From assembly GCA_029838195.1 (NCBI GenBank), contig JALGVJ010000005.1:32001-96000 (forward strand): a stretch of 64,000 nucleotides of DNA, written 5' to 3'. Positions 10,744 to 20,243 of this stretch are shown here, piece by piece; position 1 is the stretch's first letter; each line of letters opens with the position of its first letter. Position numbers and translations under genes: made by a program. The notes beneath the pieces were generated by a model. The model was not told the DNA's origin, searched no databases, and saw only the letters and a program-made list of their open reading frames with translations. Source of the stretch: Promethearchaeota archaeon. GTDB taxonomy: Archaea; Asgardarchaeota; Lokiarchaeia; Sigyniarchaeales; SOKP01.

Positions 10744-11805
10744 ATGATTCAAAAAATAAATGTAGGCTTAATAGGATTGGGACGGATCGGTAAAGTACAT
10801 GCCCAAAATCTCACTCGGGAATTTCCAGACGTTCTCTTGAAAGCCATTGCAGAGATTAAAATTGATGAGACCATTAAAGAGTTCATTGGCACTTTAGGAA
10901 TGGTTCGGCAAGATCTCACGCAAGATCCGCAAGAAATATTCGACGACCCTAAAATTAATGCCGTCATCATCACATCATCCACGGACACGCATTCTCGGTT
11001 CATTCAAGAAGCTGTAAAAAATAACAAACATGTATTTTGTGAAAAACCCCTTGATGTAGATATTCCTCGAATTGTAGATACGTTAAAAGTAGTGAAGCAA
11101 TCGGGCATGAAACTAATGATTGGATTTAACCGAAGGTTCGATCCTAATTTTAGAAAGCTCCATGAGCTCGTGGGAAAGGGCCAGATTGGAACTCCGCACT
11201 TGATAAAAATTACTTCTCGCGATCCAACACCTCCGCCCATTGAATATATCAAGGTATCGGGAGGATTATTCATGGACATGACCATCCATGATTGGGACAT
11301 GGCTCGATTTCAAGCTAACTCGGAGATTGAAGAAGTATACGCTAAAGGCGGCGTTTTAATAGATCCTGAAATCGGAAAGGCAGGAGATATTGATACGGCG
11401 GTGGCCGTTTTAAAATTTGTAAATGGCGCCATGGGAATTATTGATAATTCTCGCCAAGCCATCTATGGATATGACCAACGTTTAGAGGTGTTTGGTTCTA
11501 ATGGGTGCTTGATGGCAGAAAATGAAGCTAACACCACCCTTCGCACCTTTACAAAAGAAGGAATTCGCAGCGATGCGATACCTTATTTTTTTCTCGAACG
11601 CTACACGAGATCATATGTAAATGAATTACGATATTTCTTTAATTGCATTAAAAAAAATGAGGATCCCAAGCCTAATGGCATGGATGGGTTGGTAGCAATC
11701 CTCATTGCTCGAGCAGCTCAACGATCTTATGAAGAAAATCGTCCCGTGAAAATCTCCGAAATTGCCTCAGAATATTATATTGATAATTTTTCGAATTTTT
11801 CTTGA
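10744..11805 (+). CDS. iolG: myo-inositol 2-dehydrogenase
   Basis: GLGRIG, CEKP, GFNRRFD, SRDP, DMTIHDWD and YGYDQRLEVFG motifs. Confidence 0.9.
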   Translation: MIQKINVGLIGLGRIGKVHAQNLTREFPDVLLKAIAEIKIDETIKEFIGTLGMVRQDLTQDPQEIFDDPKINAVIITSSTDTHSRFIQEAVKNNKHVFCEKPLDVDIPRIVDTLKVVKQSGMKLMIGFNRRFDPNFRKLHELVGKGQIGTPHLIKITSRDPTPPPIEYIKVSGGLFMDMTIHDWDMARFQANSEIEEVYAKGGVLIDPEIGKAGDIDTAVAVLKFVNGAMGIIDNSRQAIYGYDQRLEVFGSNGCLMAENEANTTLRTFTKEGIRSDAIPYFFLERYTRSYVNELRYFFNCIKKNEDPKPNGMDGLVAILIARAAQRSYEENRPVKISEIASEYYIDNFSNFS

Positions 11806-12013
11806 ATTCTTTTAATTTTTAAATTCTTTCTTTTCTTCATCTTTTAATTTTTTTCGTGAACTTTTTTTAGAGTTGTTTCGTGAATAAATGAAAACTAAGG
11901 ATATTAACGGAAAAAATTGTCGTGAATTCCTTTTAAATAAGTAAAAAGATAAATGAGGAGGGAAAAAATAGTTAGGTGTTAATAAGAAATATTTATTGGA
12001 GTAGGGAAAAGAA

Positions 12014-12171
12014 TGCCAAGGGGGGGAATTTCAAAAAACCCCGCAGGAGAGATTTTTTTTTGAACCCCCGATACCCAGATCACTGAAAGCATCATTTAAT
12101 AGAGTTTCTTCAGTCTGGTGCGTTCCCGGGTTGCGCAAATGTCTGGTAGACATTTCCTACGCCACCTTGGC
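12014..12171 (-). tRNA. tRNA-Phe(GAA) with three BHB introns (15/16, 37/38, 59/60)
   Basis: Removing 12156-12131, 12107-12081 and 12058-12028 gives a 74-nt cloverleaf: GCCAAGG TG GCGT AGCCCGGGA ACGC A CCAGA CTGAAGA TCTGG GTATC GGGGG TTCAAAT CCCCC CCTTGGC A. Confidence 0.93.
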
Positions 12172-12290
12172 ATGTTTTTCTTACGGGTGCTCCTCCAATT
12201 ACACTTTAACATTTTTTAATAAATACAAGTTAAAGAATTAGTAATCTCATATAAATTTTTTTCTTAGAGTTGTAAAAAAAGAGGAATGGA

Positions 12291-13057
12291 TGGAGAATAA
12301 AGTCAACATTAATATACTCGTGTTATTCCATAAAGGATAGGTTAGATAGAGGTTAGTATAATTTTAGATCAAGAGAGTCTTTTAAGGGAGTTAGGGTATA
12401 ATTTTATTGGCTCACGGCACATTTCTACTCATTGTTTTTTTAGGCTTTTTGATCAGAACCTTATTAAAATATCGATTAATTGGGTTTGGAAGGTGTGAAC
12501 TGTTATTGAAGCTGACTTACATTTTTTTCTTATTGGCACCCATACTGTTCCTGCATCATGTTAATTTAGCGAGTTTTTCGGAGATTATTGATTTAAGATG
12601 GATTATACATTTGATGATGATGCCATTGATTCCGATCGCAAGCGTCTTTTTTTTATCTTCTATTGAAAATTCTCCCATATTTTTACTAATTTGCTTGCCG
12701 TGCGTATTTCCTGGTGCTTTTATTTTTCTTTTTCAATTTCGGTTATGGAAACCTTCATTATTATCTATCAGAAAAGCAATTTTACTTCCATGAATATCTT
12801 TTTAAATGAACTCTTGAACGTAATAGAAGAGGTATTTCTGTTATTAAAAAGCGCGGAAAAACAATTATTTTTTATCCTAAAAAAATTTAATGGGAGTGGC
12901 ATTTTGCAAGGAAAAATTGAATATGATAAAAATTATTTTAAAAGAGACTGTACACAAATTTGAACTGCTTTATGGCCCCATTCTTAAAGATTGGGATGGA
13001 GATCTCTCGATTTTTGAATCCGTAGGACAAATGATAAAAGAGGTAATTCAAAGGTAA
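12291..13057 (+). pseudogene. Decayed multi-TM protein with a C-terminal longin-like domain
   Basis: Overlapping fragments in different frames (12407-12793, 12691-12963, 12923-13057); the last reads KFELLYGPILKDWDGDLSIF. Confidence 0.5.
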
Positions 13058-13135
13058 AGAATCTTTTTTTTCTTTAACCTTATTTTGAATTATTTACGTT
13101 CATACGGGAATTTTTAGCTTAAATTTTTGAAATGT

Positions 13136-13720
13136 TCATTGAGACGGTTTAGGATGAACTTGCATAATAGTTATTAAATTTATTAATTTCGTAAAATTTG
13201 CCGTGTCAATTGAATCTTTTTTAGGATTCCAGCCAAAAAGCATTTTCGCTGCTTTTGGATGTTTAGTAACATACCATTTAATAATTTCAAGCTTTTGAGA
13301 CTCCTTAGTAATGAACTCAACCTGAGCTGGAAAATGATGAAAACCATGTCTCACCCATACTGCATCCGGGTTGGCGCGTATATTTTTTACCCAATCAGAT
13401 TCTTCCCCCCTGGCCGAAAAAATGGTAATAACCCCATTAATCCAATGATATTCCAAAGGTGTTTTTCTTGTTATTCCCGATTTTCTTCCTTTCGAATATA
13501 GAATGAGAAAAATTCTTCCTAAACCAAAAATAGGAAAAATGCCGAGTCGATATAAGGGTAAGGTCAGATATTTATTTAATCTTTTCCATCTTTTTAATTT
13601 TTTCATCCTAATTTCTTTATTATCATGAAAAAAATCATGAAGAACCGAACCAGGCCGGGGAAATTCTCTTTCTTCCCCTATTTTTTTTTCTTGGGCCATA
13701 TATAATCCGCTTCTAACCAA
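13136..13720 (-). CDS. Deazaflavin (F420)-dependent nitroreductase-family protein
   Basis: GRKSGITRKTPL and SDWVKNIRANP motifs. Confidence 0.85.
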   Translation of the reverse strand: MVRSGLYMAQEKKIGEEREFPRPGSVLHDFFHDNKEIRMKKLKRWKRLNKYLTLPLYRLGIFPIFGLGRIFLILYSKGRKSGITRKTPLEYHWINGVITIFSARGEESDWVKNIRANPDAVWVRHGFHHFPAQVEFITKESQKLEIIKWYVTKHPKAAKMLFGWNPKKDSIDTANFTKLINLITIMQVHPKPSQ

Positions 13721-13876
13721 GTAATTTAAATTTTTATTTGGATAATTAATAAAGGTATAATCCTTAAGAATATAAAAATTCTTTTAAAGAGAAGGTGAAT
13801 GTCGAAAATTATATTATTGTACTAAAAAATATTTCATAAAATTATCATAAATAAGAGTCAGTGTTTCCGCAGTAAA

Positions 13877-14170
13877 TTATTTCTTACATCGAGCCAAGAG
13901 AAAATTTCCTAATAGTTTCGCCTCATGAATATCTGATAAAACCAGAGCTTTAAAAATTTCAATCGCATCTTTATAAGAAGCATTCTGAATAGATTGAATT
14001 TCTCTCATAATTCTTTTAATTTTCGAGATTTTGTGACCATATTGCCTGAAATTGGGATTGGAAGAATTTAAAATTTTTTTCCATCGTAATGATTCTTCTT
14101 GGGATAACTCGGGAGAACTCGCTATTAAAGAAGTCCTTAATACGCTAATAATATTATCTACTCGGCTTAT
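13877..14170 (-). pseudogene. Truncated DNA alkylation repair (AlkD-like) gene fragment
   Basis: A 97-codon open frame starting at an ATA that overlaps the upstream stop. It reads QYGHKISKIKRI...LVLSDIHEAKLLGNFLL and then hits a premature TAA. Confidence 0.5.
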
Positions 14171-15303
14171 AGAAATCTTTCCAAACCTTTTTTCGCTTTC
14201 AGTTCTTTACTCCGTTCCAAATAGGGTTCCACGAACTTAATGATATTATTATTAAAATTAGGTAATTTTGCTAATTCTCCCCTTTTATATACATCCAAGA
14301 TGGATTCTCCTAAATTATTCAAATGCAATCCTGCCCATTTCATAGCATTATCGGGCTTTCCCCTTAATGATTTCATGTACTCGTGATTTAATAATATTTC
14401 TGAAAGTTTATAATTCCACTTGCGAAAATCCCTTGGAATCCATCGTTTAATCCGGATCGGCACGTGATATTTCTCACAAATACCTAAAAGCTTCGAATGA
14501 ATCTTGTTCATATAACTCCTGGATGGATAATACTTTCCACGATATAATGAAAGTAATGGCTTAATAATTCCTTGATACTTACTATTTTCTAATTTTTTTA
14601 TAAAAAATTCAGCTTGCACATCCCGTAAGGTTAATCCCGGTGAAAATAAAACAAAATCTGCACCTGCTTTTTTAGATTCCTTGATAACCGCAGTTAAATT
14701 CTCATCATCATCCTCTAAATAAGGAATGATAGGCATAAAAAAAGTTCCAACAAGTACATTACTCGTTTTATTTTTAATCTCCCTAATTGCCTCTAACCGC
14801 TCATGAGGAGGACTCGAATGGGGCTCTAAAAAACTTGCTAAATCCTCATCCGTCGTCGTGATCGAAAAACCTACCGCACACCACGCATGTTTCCCTATCC
14901 TTTCTAATAGATCAGTATCTCTTACAATTAACCTTGATTTTGTCGCAATATTAAGGGGATAGCCGTACCGTTCTATTACCTTTAAAATTTTTCTCGTGTT
15001 TTCTACCTTCTCCTCTATTGGTTGGTAGGCGTCATTCACTCCACCCGCTCCTATAACGTCTGGTAATAATGTGCGCGCTCGTTTGAGACGTAATTCCAAT
15101 TTTTTATCAATATCAGCCTTAATAATCACTTCATTTTCAAAATCTTGCTCTAAATAATACCGCTGGCTTCTCGCATCGCAATAAATACACGCATGCTCGC
15201 AGCCAGAATATGGATTAATCGTATATCTTATCCAAAACCAAGAATCCGGATATTTCAGTTTATTTATCGCTGTCTTGAATTCCCGCGTGATAAATTTTAC
15301 CAC
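14167..15303 (-). CDS. Radical SAM protein, spore-photoproduct-lyase-like (Rv2578c-type) DNA repair family
   Basis: INPYSGCEHACIYCDAR, DAYQP and ATKS motifs. Confidence 0.85.
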   Translation of the reverse strand: MVKFITREFKTAINKLKYPDSWFWIRYTINPYSGCEHACIYCDARSQRYYLEQDFENEVIIKADIDKKLELRLKRARTLLPDVIGAGGVNDAYQPIEEKVENTRKILKVIERYGYPLNIATKSRLIVRDTDLLERIGKHAWCAVGFSITTTDEDLASFLEPHSSPPHERLEAIREIKNKTSNVLVGTFFMPIIPYLEDDDENLTAVIKESKKAGADFVLFSPGLTLRDVQAEFFIKKLENSKYQGIIKPLLSLYRGKYYPSRSYMNKIHSKLLGICEKYHVPIRIKRWIPRDFRKWNYKLSEILLNHEYMKSLRGKPDNAMKWAGLHLNNLGESILDVYKRGELAKLPNFNNNIIKFVEPYLERSKELKAKKGLERFL

Positions 15304-15437
15304 GAATTCTATAATGATTGCTAATTTAATAAATATACTATATTTTCAAAAAATAAGTCTACTCATTATATCCATTTCTCAATTTCCTAAAGAGAATACA
15401 ATAAAGAAATGAGGAAATTTATAATAATAAGAATAAA

Positions 15438-15528
15438 TGCGCCCACCGGGATTTGAACCCGGGTCGACGGCTTTCTTCGGAGATGAAATCCGTGGAAGGC
15501 CGCAATCCTACCACTAGACTATGAGCGC
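15438..15528 (-). tRNA. tRNA-Gly(TCC) with a canonical 20-nt intron at 37/38
   Basis: GCGCTCA...GCGGC CT TCC A[intron 15492-15473]A GCCGT...GGGTTCAAATCCCGG TGGGCGC A; BHB central helix CTTC/GAAG. Confidence 0.95.
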
Positions 15529-15672
15529 AAGTGTTATTTCGGGTTTTTCTTGAAATGTGTGAAGGAATTTATTTGCAATTGACCGATACAAATCATTTTA
15601 AGAATGATCGAATAATCATTATTATGATCTATAACACGACATTTAATTTTAATTTTGGGAATTTGAGAAGTC

Positions 15673-16347
15673 TTAATAGATATTGTGGAAGATCTCATAG
15701 CTGGCGATAATCTTATTGACAACAGCCCAAGCATCTAATGAATAATTGGAAATGCTTATGAGATTGGGCGTGAGATTCAAGATTTCTGGGGAAAAAGTTC
15801 TTTTTTGAAAGGCTCCTATAATGATCACGTGATTGATTTGGGGGTTGGGAGTGAATAAGGTGGAGAGATCTTTAATTAAGGTACCATGTTTCGTGCAGGT
15901 CATGACGTGAGCGTTTTTGATGGAAGCGAGAAGAGATTTGAGGGAACCTTTTAATGGTGCTATTAAGGGGGAGTTATTAACTTGAATTTTTCCATCGATT
16001 AGGAGTTTTGCAATTAATCCTTTGAAGCGATTATAATTACGGGCGATTCGGATATGGGGATTAAACTCAAAAATTTTATTTTTAATGGTATGGACGATAA
16101 TTCTCAGATTTCCTGATTTATTGAGGGGGGAACTCAAGGCGTTGAGTAAGCAAACGTGGAGGATATCAGGTCTACCGCGTTTTTCTTTATTTTGAAGATT
16201 TTCCATGGCATGATGATGGAGGGCATTATCTAAGAGTTGAGATGCATAGTTTTTGGTTCGCACGAGGTGTTTAATTTTTGGGTTTGCCCGCAATTCCTTT
16301 GGGATGAGTTCTATTCCGCATTCTGCGAGGATTAGAGTTATGGGCAT
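15673..16347 (-). CDS. nep1: rRNA pseudouridine N1-methyltransferase Nep1/Emg1
   Basis: KRGRPDILH, SPLNKSG and RIARNYNRFKGL motifs; SPOUT fold. Confidence 0.9.
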   Translation of the reverse strand: MPITLILAECGIELIPKELRANPKIKHLVRTKNYASQLLDNALHHHAMENLQNKEKRGRPDILHVCLLNALSSPLNKSGNLRIIVHTIKNKIFEFNPHIRIARNYNRFKGLIAKLLIDGKIQVNNSPLIAPLKGSLKSLLASIKNAHVMTCTKHGTLIKDLSTLFTPNPQINHVIIIGAFQKRTFSPEILNLTPNLISISNYSLDAWAVVNKIIASYEIFHNIY

Positions 16348-16371
16348 GAAATCATCACGTGGACGTGAATT

Positions 16372-16755
16372 TTAATTTCTTGAATTGTTATTATTAGTTT
16401 GATTAATAGAAGAGGATCTCATTTTTTTCTTGCTTCGTCTAGTTTTGATATAATATCGAGTGGTGTTATTGCATTCCAGACATGTGAGAGAGATATGAGA
16501 GCCTTTTCCATGTCGGGATTGAATCCGACATCGGCAATTAATGCCGGGGTAAAGGAACCGCTTACATGTATTACAGAGGCGATATTTCCATTGATTCGGA
16601 AGGGAGAGTTTAGCTCTCTGGGCATAAATTTTTGCTAATTGGGCATAGCGATTGGCTAATTCCTTATTTTCGGGAAAGATTATATGGGCTTGATTAAATA
16701 GATAATTCATGCGGATTATTGCTATTTTTTTTAATAGTGTTTTATTTTTTGCCAT
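16372..16755 (-). CDS. rnp4: RNase P protein subunit Rpp21
   Basis: IAIIRMNYLF, LANRY and a CNTC...CLEC Zn ribbon. Confidence 0.9.
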   Translation of the reverse strand: MAKNKTLLKKIAIIRMNYLFNQAHIIFPENKELANRYAQLAKIYAQRAKLSLPNQWKYRLCNTCKRFLYPGINCRCRIQSRHGKGSHISLTCLECNNTTRYYIKTRRSKKKMRSSSINQTNNNNSRN

Positions 16756-16791
16756 AGGAATTAATAAATGGTAAAGGTTTCAAAACAGGGT

Positions 16792-17055
16792 TCAAGAAGC
16801 GTGTTTAGAAAGAATGAGGGAACGCCCTCTCATATCTATCAGGTGAGATTGGGTTCGTTGCGAGATTTCTTTTCCCAATTCTTTCAAGGGTGTTTCTTTG
16901 GTGATGCTTTTAAGGGCTTTCACTTTAATGATTTTATTTTTTTTGAATAACGTGTTTAGATGGGCGACGAATTCATCAGTAATGCCGTTTTTTCCGATAA
17001 TTAATTTGGGTTTGGATAACAGTACTTTCTTGAAATCTTCTTTTTTAAAAACCAT
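16792..17055 (-). CDS. YhbY/CRM-domain RNA-binding protein
   Basis: IGKNGIT, IIKVK and DMRG motifs; next to rnp4 and rps19e. Confidence 0.85.
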   Translation of the reverse strand: MVFKKEDFKKVLLSKPKLIIGKNGITDEFVAHLNTLFKKNKIIKVKALKSITKETPLKELGKEISQRTQSHLIDMRGRSLILSKHAS

Positions 17056-17130
17056 GTTTTCTATCCAAAAAATTATTATTAGATAATAAATATAATTATT
17101 TAAAAGTTTAATTAGTATTGAGTCAGATAC

Positions 17131-17562
17131 ATGTCAATCTACCGAGTAGAACCTAGCGAACTCATAAAAACGCTTGCGGAAAAATTGAAGGAATTTTCAG
17201 ACATTATACATCCACCGGAAGGCAGTGAATTTTGGAAGACAGCTGCATATAAGGAATTAGCGCCGGAGGACTCAGAAAACTTCTGGTATATTCGGTGTGC
17301 GTCACTCTTGCGGAAAGTCCGGAAATTTGGTCCTATAGGAATTAATAGATTGAGAAAACATTATTCGGGGCGATCCCGAAAGAAATCAGGAAAACGGCAT
17401 AGCGTGAAAGGATCGGGAAAAATCATACGGGTAGCACTACAACAGCTTGAAAAGGCCAACTTGATAACTACGGTGGAGAAAAAGGGTAGAGTAGTTTCTC
17501 CTGAAGGAATAAGTCTCATTGAGCGAACCGCTTATTCTATTATAAGAAATAAAAAATCTTAA
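17131..17562 (+). CDS. rps19e: 30S ribosomal protein eS19
   Basis: KELAP, WYIRCASLLRK and GSGKIIRVALQQLE motifs. Confidence 0.95.
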   Translation: MSIYRVEPSELIKTLAEKLKEFSDIIHPPEGSEFWKTAAYKELAPEDSENFWYIRCASLLRKVRKFGPIGINRLRKHYSGRSRKKSGKRHSVKGSGKIIRVALQQLEKANLITTVEKKGRVVSPEGISLIERTAYSIIRNKKS

Positions 17563-17594
17563 AAATTTTGAATTGCTTGTTAGAGTGAGGAAAA

Positions 17595-17942
17595 TTGAGC
17601 GAGCAAGATGATTTGGAGGAAATTAGGAGAAGAAAGCTCGAGCAAATGAAACAACAGGCCATGCAACAGCAAATCGCCGAACAGCAAAGAAAGGCGTATG
17701 AACAGCAGAAATATCAGATAATGCGGCTCATTCTCAGTCCTGAAGCACGTCAACGATTAGAGAACATCCGCATGGTAAGGGCGGATTTTGCAGAACAGAT
17801 TGAATTGCAATTAATTCAACTCTATAGTGCCGGCAGGTTACGAGGGAAGACACCGTTGCCGGACAGTGCTTTTAAAAAATTATTGGAGCAACTTGCCCAA
17901 CAATCTAACAAGAAAAAAGATTTTAAAATCAAGAAATTTTAG
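17595..17942 (+). CDS. PDCD5-like dsDNA-binding protein
   Basis: LEEIRRRKL and ILSPEARQRLENIRMV motifs; conserved position after rps19e. Confidence 0.9.
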   Translation: MSEQDDLEEIRRRKLEQMKQQAMQQQIAEQQRKAYEQQKYQIMRLILSPEARQRLENIRMVRADFAEQIELQLIQLYSAGRLRGKTPLPDSAFKKLLEQLAQQSNKKKDFKIKKF

Positions 17943-17974
17943 AATAGAAAAATTGAATACACATCTTAATTAAA

Positions 17975-18136
17975 ATGGCGAGAAACAAGGATTTAGCATC
18001 CAAGCTTCGGCGGGGTAAAAAATTAAAAGAAAGCCGTACAATTCCTCGATGGGTCATTTTGCGCACGAAAGGAAAAGTACGGGAAAGTCCCTATACGAGA
18101 AGGGGATGGAGAAATACCCGATTAAAGAAGGATTAA
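17975..18136 (+). CDS. rpl39e: 50S ribosomal protein eL39 (below the ORF-track size cutoff)
   Basis: MARNKDLASKLRRGKKLKESRTIPRWVILRTKGKVRESPYTRRGWRNTRLKKD; syntenic before rpl31e. Confidence 0.93.
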   Translation: MARNKDLASKLRRGKKLKESRTIPRWVILRTKGKVRESPYTRRGWRNTRLKKD

Positions 18137-18165
18137 TTTTAAAATATTATAAGGGGTAATTTACC

Positions 18166-18642
18166 ATGGCAAAGAAAAAGAGAGAGATTAGTCTTGACGA
18201 TTTGGAAGAGGAATTAGCAGAGAAAGAGGAAAAAGAAGCAGATATCGAGGAGGAAGAAGAGGAGGAAGAAATTGAAGAAATAGAAGAATTCAGCCTCGAT
18301 GAGATAACAGAAGAAGAGCAGATTGAAGAGTTATTTGAAGAAGAGGTTGAAGGCCTTGAAGAAGTTGAGGAGAAAGTAGCTCCTGAAGAGGAGATTATAG
18401 ATGAGCGGATATACATGATCCCCTTAGCAAGAGCAAGAAAAGGGCCCAGAAATAAATGGGCAAAAAAGGCAATACGATATCTCCGAGAATATGTTCAAAG
18501 GCATTTCAAGCCCGAATCATTAATAATTTCCCAAGAAGTAAATGAAAAAATATGGGCGCGAGGAATTAAAAAGCCCCCCCGTAAGATCAAAGTGAGAGTT
18601 ACAAAAAATTCAGATAACCTTGTCGTAATTTATCTTGCGTAA
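18166..18642 (+). CDS. rpl31e: 50S ribosomal protein eL31 with a long acidic N-terminal extension
   Basis: ERIYMIPL, AKKAIRYLREY and VNEKIWARGIKKPPRKIKVR motifs; roughly the first 78 aa are Glu-rich. Confidence 0.93.
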   Translation: MAKKKREISLDDLEEELAEKEEKEADIEEEEEEEEIEEIEEFSLDEITEEEQIEELFEEEVEGLEEVEEKVAPEEEIIDERIYMIPLARARKGPRNKWAKKAIRYLREYVQRHFKPESLIISQEVNEKIWARGIKKPPRKIKVRVTKNSDNLVVIYLA

Positions 18643-18696
18643 TTCTTGTTTGCTTGGTAGTAATAATAGAGTACAATTGCACGGCACGATACCGGA

Positions 18697-19368
18697 ATGA
18701 CGATTTTAAAAACCCAAGTTTTTGGCCGGTCTTTAATCGGTATTTATTTAATTGCGAATAATTCTTTTATTTTATATCCTCCAAATCTCTTAAAATCTAA
18801 ATTAGAAGAATTTAAAAGCATTTTTAACATTCCATTTTATCCCCAATCAATAAATAACTCGAATTTGATTGGAGTATATGCGGTTTCGAATAAATATGGA
18901 ATCATTGTTCCGAGTATCATTCGAGAAGATGAATTAGAAAGCCTGAAATCAAATTTGGGGGAGGCATATCAAATCGGGGTCCTCCATTCTATTGATAATA
19001 CTTTTGGAAATTTGATTTTATGTAATGATAAAGGGGCGATTATTAGTTCTCTTTTAAAGGATTTTCGGAAGGAAATTTCTGATGTCTTAAATGTTGAAAC
19101 GGAAGTATACGAATTTGCGGGATTTTATTTACCCGGGTCAATTTCCATTTCTAATAACAAAGGATGCTTGGTCCACCCTCTTACTACAGAGGAAGAAATT
19201 GAACATATCACGTCGATATTAAAAGTGGAAGAAACAGATGTATCAACCATTAATCGGGGTATTCCATTTCTTCGTTCGGGTGCAATAATTAACGATTCTT
19301 GTGGTATTTTTGGTATTAATAGTACGGGGCCCGAACTCATGAGGCTAACCAGCGTATTACGAATTTAA
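18697..19368 (+). CDS. eif6: Translation initiation factor aIF-6
   Basis: GNLILCNDKGAII, NNKGCLVHP, TINRG and TGPELMR motifs. Confidence 0.93.
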   Translation: MTILKTQVFGRSLIGIYLIANNSFILYPPNLLKSKLEEFKSIFNIPFYPQSINNSNLIGVYAVSNKYGIIVPSIIREDELESLKSNLGEAYQIGVLHSIDNTFGNLILCNDKGAIISSLLKDFRKEISDVLNVETEVYEFAGFYLPGSISISNNKGCLVHPLTTEEEIEHITSILKVEETDVSTINRGIPFLRSGAIINDSCGIFGINSTGPELMRLTSVLRI

Positions 19369-19521
19369 AGAAGTTCTTGTTCAAATTTGAATTTTTTGTT
19401 TAAAATAGAAAAACTTATAATTTTTTTCATATTTACCATTTCAAGTGAGTAATTTTTCTATAATTATTATTTCATGGCAGTTTCGATGGTTGAATCAAAA
19501 TAGAAATAAAGGACATTAAAC

Positions 19522-19752
19522 ATGTCAGAGATAAAAATTTTTCGCGTGATGGGAACGTATGTAAAAAATCGTAAAAAATATTTATTTAGAAAAGAAGTTA
19601 GAGCATTGAAAGAGAAAGATGCCGTTGAAAAGGTTCTCTGTGAGATCACGAGCATCGGGTTGCTCAGGCGGCAAGTAAAAATAGAAGAAATCAAAGAAAT
19701 TGAGCCCCATAAAGCTGAAAATTATCTCATTCGGGAATTGTCTTCCCAATAA
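19522..19752 (+). CDS. rpl18a: 50S ribosomal protein eL20 (LX/L18a)
   Basis: FRVMG, FRKEVRALK and AVEKV motifs; synteny. Confidence 0.88.
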   Translation: MSEIKIFRVMGTYVKNRKKYLFRKEVRALKEKDAVEKVLCEITSIGLLRRQVKIEEIKEIEPHKAENYLIRELSSQ

Positions 19753-19763
19753 AGTAAAAGAAG

Positions 19764-20204
19764 GTGTTATTCTTGGAAAATAATTTTAATTTGGACCAAA
19801 GACAGCAGCAACAACAATATCTTTCGCAATTTCAATACTTGAAGGAGCAGAGAGATGTATTTGAGAATCAATTAGAACTCGTTCAAACCTCTCTATCCAA
19901 TATCATTAATACGAAGAATACGATAGAAAATATGAAAACAATTGATTTGGATGAAGAAATTCTAGTTCCCTTAGGCGGAATGATTAATATCAAGGCACAA
20001 ATTAAAGATATCGAAAAAGTTTTGGTTTATATTAGTAGGGATGTGGTAATAGAAAAAACTTTAGATGATACCATTCAATTCCTCGAAAAATTAATTAGTC
20101 AACATGAAGAGCAAATAAAATTTTTATCAGAGCGCATTCAGCAAGTCGATATTTCGCTTCAAAATATATCGCAAAATCTTCAAAGAATTTTACAACAACA
20201 ATAA
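19764..20204 (+). CDS. pfdA: Prefoldin alpha subunit
   Basis: Coiled coils flanking EILVPLGG...KVLVYI; synteny. Confidence 0.9.
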   Translation: MLFLENNFNLDQRQQQQQYLSQFQYLKEQRDVFENQLELVQTSLSNIINTKNTIENMKTIDLDEEILVPLGGMINIKAQIKDIEKVLVYISRDVVIEKTLDDTIQFLEKLISQHEEQIKFLSERIQQVDISLQNISQNLQRILQQQ

Positions 20205-20243
20205 TCTGCGTGTTAAAAATATTTAATTCTTTTTCTAATAACT

